Program-made: the position numbers and the translations under genes
In this document: piece after piece, positions 62,628-64,000 of the stretch
Layout of the letters: every line of letters begins with the position of its first letter
Position numbering within the stretch: the first letter of the stretch is position 1
The notes under the pieces: model-generated
Database searches by the model: none
What the model saw: only the letters and a program-made list of their open reading frames with translations
Told to the model about the DNA's origin: nothing
Assembly (NCBI GenBank): GCA_965208325.1
Contig: OZ242326.1
Coordinates: 352,001-416,000 of the forward strand
Direction: 5' to 3'
Origin: Candidatus Poribacteria bacterium
Lineage (GTDB): Bacteria > Poribacteria > WGA-4E > PCPOR2b
DNA length: 64,000 bases

Positions 62628-63953
62628 TTAGATTGACAGCACGACTTCAAACGCATTTTTACCGGACTGCACATCAACGCGGACAAACAACAGGCGATTG
62701 TCCAAGCGGGTAACAGCGTGGGAGTTAGATTTGGCGAGCGTGAGGCCTGCGTGATCGCCCCAAATCGTCAAGCCGTACGGCATGGTTTTAGGGGACTCAA
62801 TCTCGAAGTGCATCCGCAATAGCGACCGTGTGCGAGAAGGCAGAAATTTTTCAATCTTCGGCAAGCTAAATTCTGTACCATCGCGCGATTTCACTGGCGG
62901 CGTAATGTAGTTCTTAACGGCAATCGGTTCCATGCTGTCTGCTTCAAAGACCAACTGGCAGTCTGAATCGTAATAGCATAGCATCGACTGCGGCGGCATC
63001 GACCCAGCATCGGTGGGACTGTCTGGCGTCGTATTGGAGGTTGAATCGCCCGATTCAATGAGGAGGAAGGTGGGGGGCGTCTGATTGCACTCTCGCTGAA
63101 AGTCTTCGATAGCATTCGCAAGCGGTATGGCTTGTGTTTTGGAATATTGAGACACATGTGCGAAGTACGCGTTCAACGCTTCCAGATGTTCCGATGAAAA
63201 TTGCGCTACCTGATCTGCATGGATATGTTGAACGTAAGCGAGCCAAGGATTCCACGCTGCATTTTCCGCATAGAGATTGAAGAAATGGCGTGCTGTTCCG
63301 TTCAAAATTTGGGTACGAAGATCGAGCGGGTCATTTTCTTCAGATTCGGGCGCTTGCGTCGAAGACGGCTTTTGTTTCTCAACGCTCCGTGCCGATGCGG
63401 GATTTGGCGACGCAGCCGGAATTCCAGCGATTTTTCCCGCAGCGGGACCGCCCATATTATGCGCATCTGAGGAGGGGTAAAAAAATCCAAAAGGGCAACC
63501 GGCGTCGCCGCCTTTATCCCCCCAACGATAACCCCAAAGCCCTTTGAAACCAACTTTGCCCAACGCATACAGCAATACATGATTTTTTTCCACCGCACCC
63601 GCTACCGCCGGGCGTGCCCATTCCATTTCCCTCTGGACCTTCTCCCACTCGGATGAAATGAATGGTGGTAGTTTCTCGCGCATAGTCACGATATGCTCGG
63701 CTGATTCAGGCCGGTCTATCGGCGTATCGCTGCTCCAAATGGGTTTCATATCTACCAGCAAGAGCAGATCGTCCCCATAACTTTCGTGCCATTGGGAAAA
63801 GTCAGCAGCGAAAGCTCGCGCGGATACGCGGTTAATTGCCCAAGTTATAGGAACGCCGTGATTGTGCGCAATTTCTGCGAGGAGGCGAACGCCGCGTCTC
63901 AGATTTGTCCTGTCGTCGGAAATCGCAGTGCTAACGAGTGAGTAGGCAAACAT
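62628..63953 (-). CDS. hypothetical protein, possibly deacetylase-like N-terminal fold
   Basis: 441-aa ORF; AHNHGVPITWA, GCPFGFFYPS. Confidence 0.65.
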   Translation of the reverse strand: MFAYSLVSTAISDDRTNLRRGVRLLAEIAHNHGVPITWAINRVSARAFAADFSQWHESYGDDLLLLVDMKPIWSSDTPIDRPESAEHIVTMREKLPPFISSEWEKVQREMEWARPAVAGAVEKNHVLLYALGKVGFKGLWGYRWGDKGGDAGCPFGFFYPSSDAHNMGGPAAGKIAGIPAASPNPASARSVEKQKPSSTQAPESEENDPLDLRTQILNGTARHFFNLYAENAAWNPWLAYVQHIHADQVAQFSSEHLEALNAYFAHVSQYSKTQAIPLANAIEDFQRECNQTPPTFLLIESGDSTSNTTPDSPTDAGSMPPQSMLCYYDSDCQLVFEADSMEPIAVKNYITPPVKSRDGTEFSLPKIEKFLPSRTRSLLRMHFEIESPKTMPYGLTIWGDHAGLTLAKSNSHAVTRLDNRLLFVRVDVQSGKNAFEVVLSI

Positions 63954-64000
63954 ATTTTACTGCTGTACGTAAGTTTTGTTCAAATAATGGGCAATAATCT

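Noticed and set aside
1..64000. Genome-wide UGA reassignment (code 4 or 25)
   Set aside because: Conserved genes such as recG, ugd, the DUF1501 gene and the ABC ATPase end at TGA at their expected C-termini, and Trp uses TGG

Overview
This 64-kb bacterial window most likely comes from a Candidatus Poribacteria-like genome. That is an inference from the LLQNYPNPFNPETWIPY C-terminal domains, PhyH dioxygenases, the DUF1549/1553-DUF1501 pair and DUF6785-type membrane proteins. About 1-16 kb is an accessory island: co-oriented cargo genes (ApeA-like HEPN, HNH nuclease, UDG-like protein, split SAM methyltransferase plus AlkB) separated by GTAG-type REP elements, a nested MITE, and prophage debris (terminase large subunit, adaptor-like fragment). 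The rest is mostly core or lineage-typical: recG, three tandem T9SS-type repeat proteins, Ldh_2, PhyH, an ABC ATPase, PorV, a GlyA-like enzyme, OmpA, GT4/ugd, an LpdA-like enzyme and an L,D-transpeptidase. The strongest hidden signal is in-frame UGA recoding that the ORF track misses. An exported rhodanese reads Y-U-S-U-P (two TGAs, 45608-46096, - strand), and an FG-GAP/ASPIC-UnbV lipoprotein reads DDL-U-MPFF (35782-38154). Both have SECIS-like hairpins at a suitable spacing and are probable selenoproteins. A third in-frame TGA splits a DUF6785-type gene and is ambiguous. No tRNA, rRNA, CRISPR array, integrase or sel genes were recognised. All family calls are by eye from motifs, not from searches.
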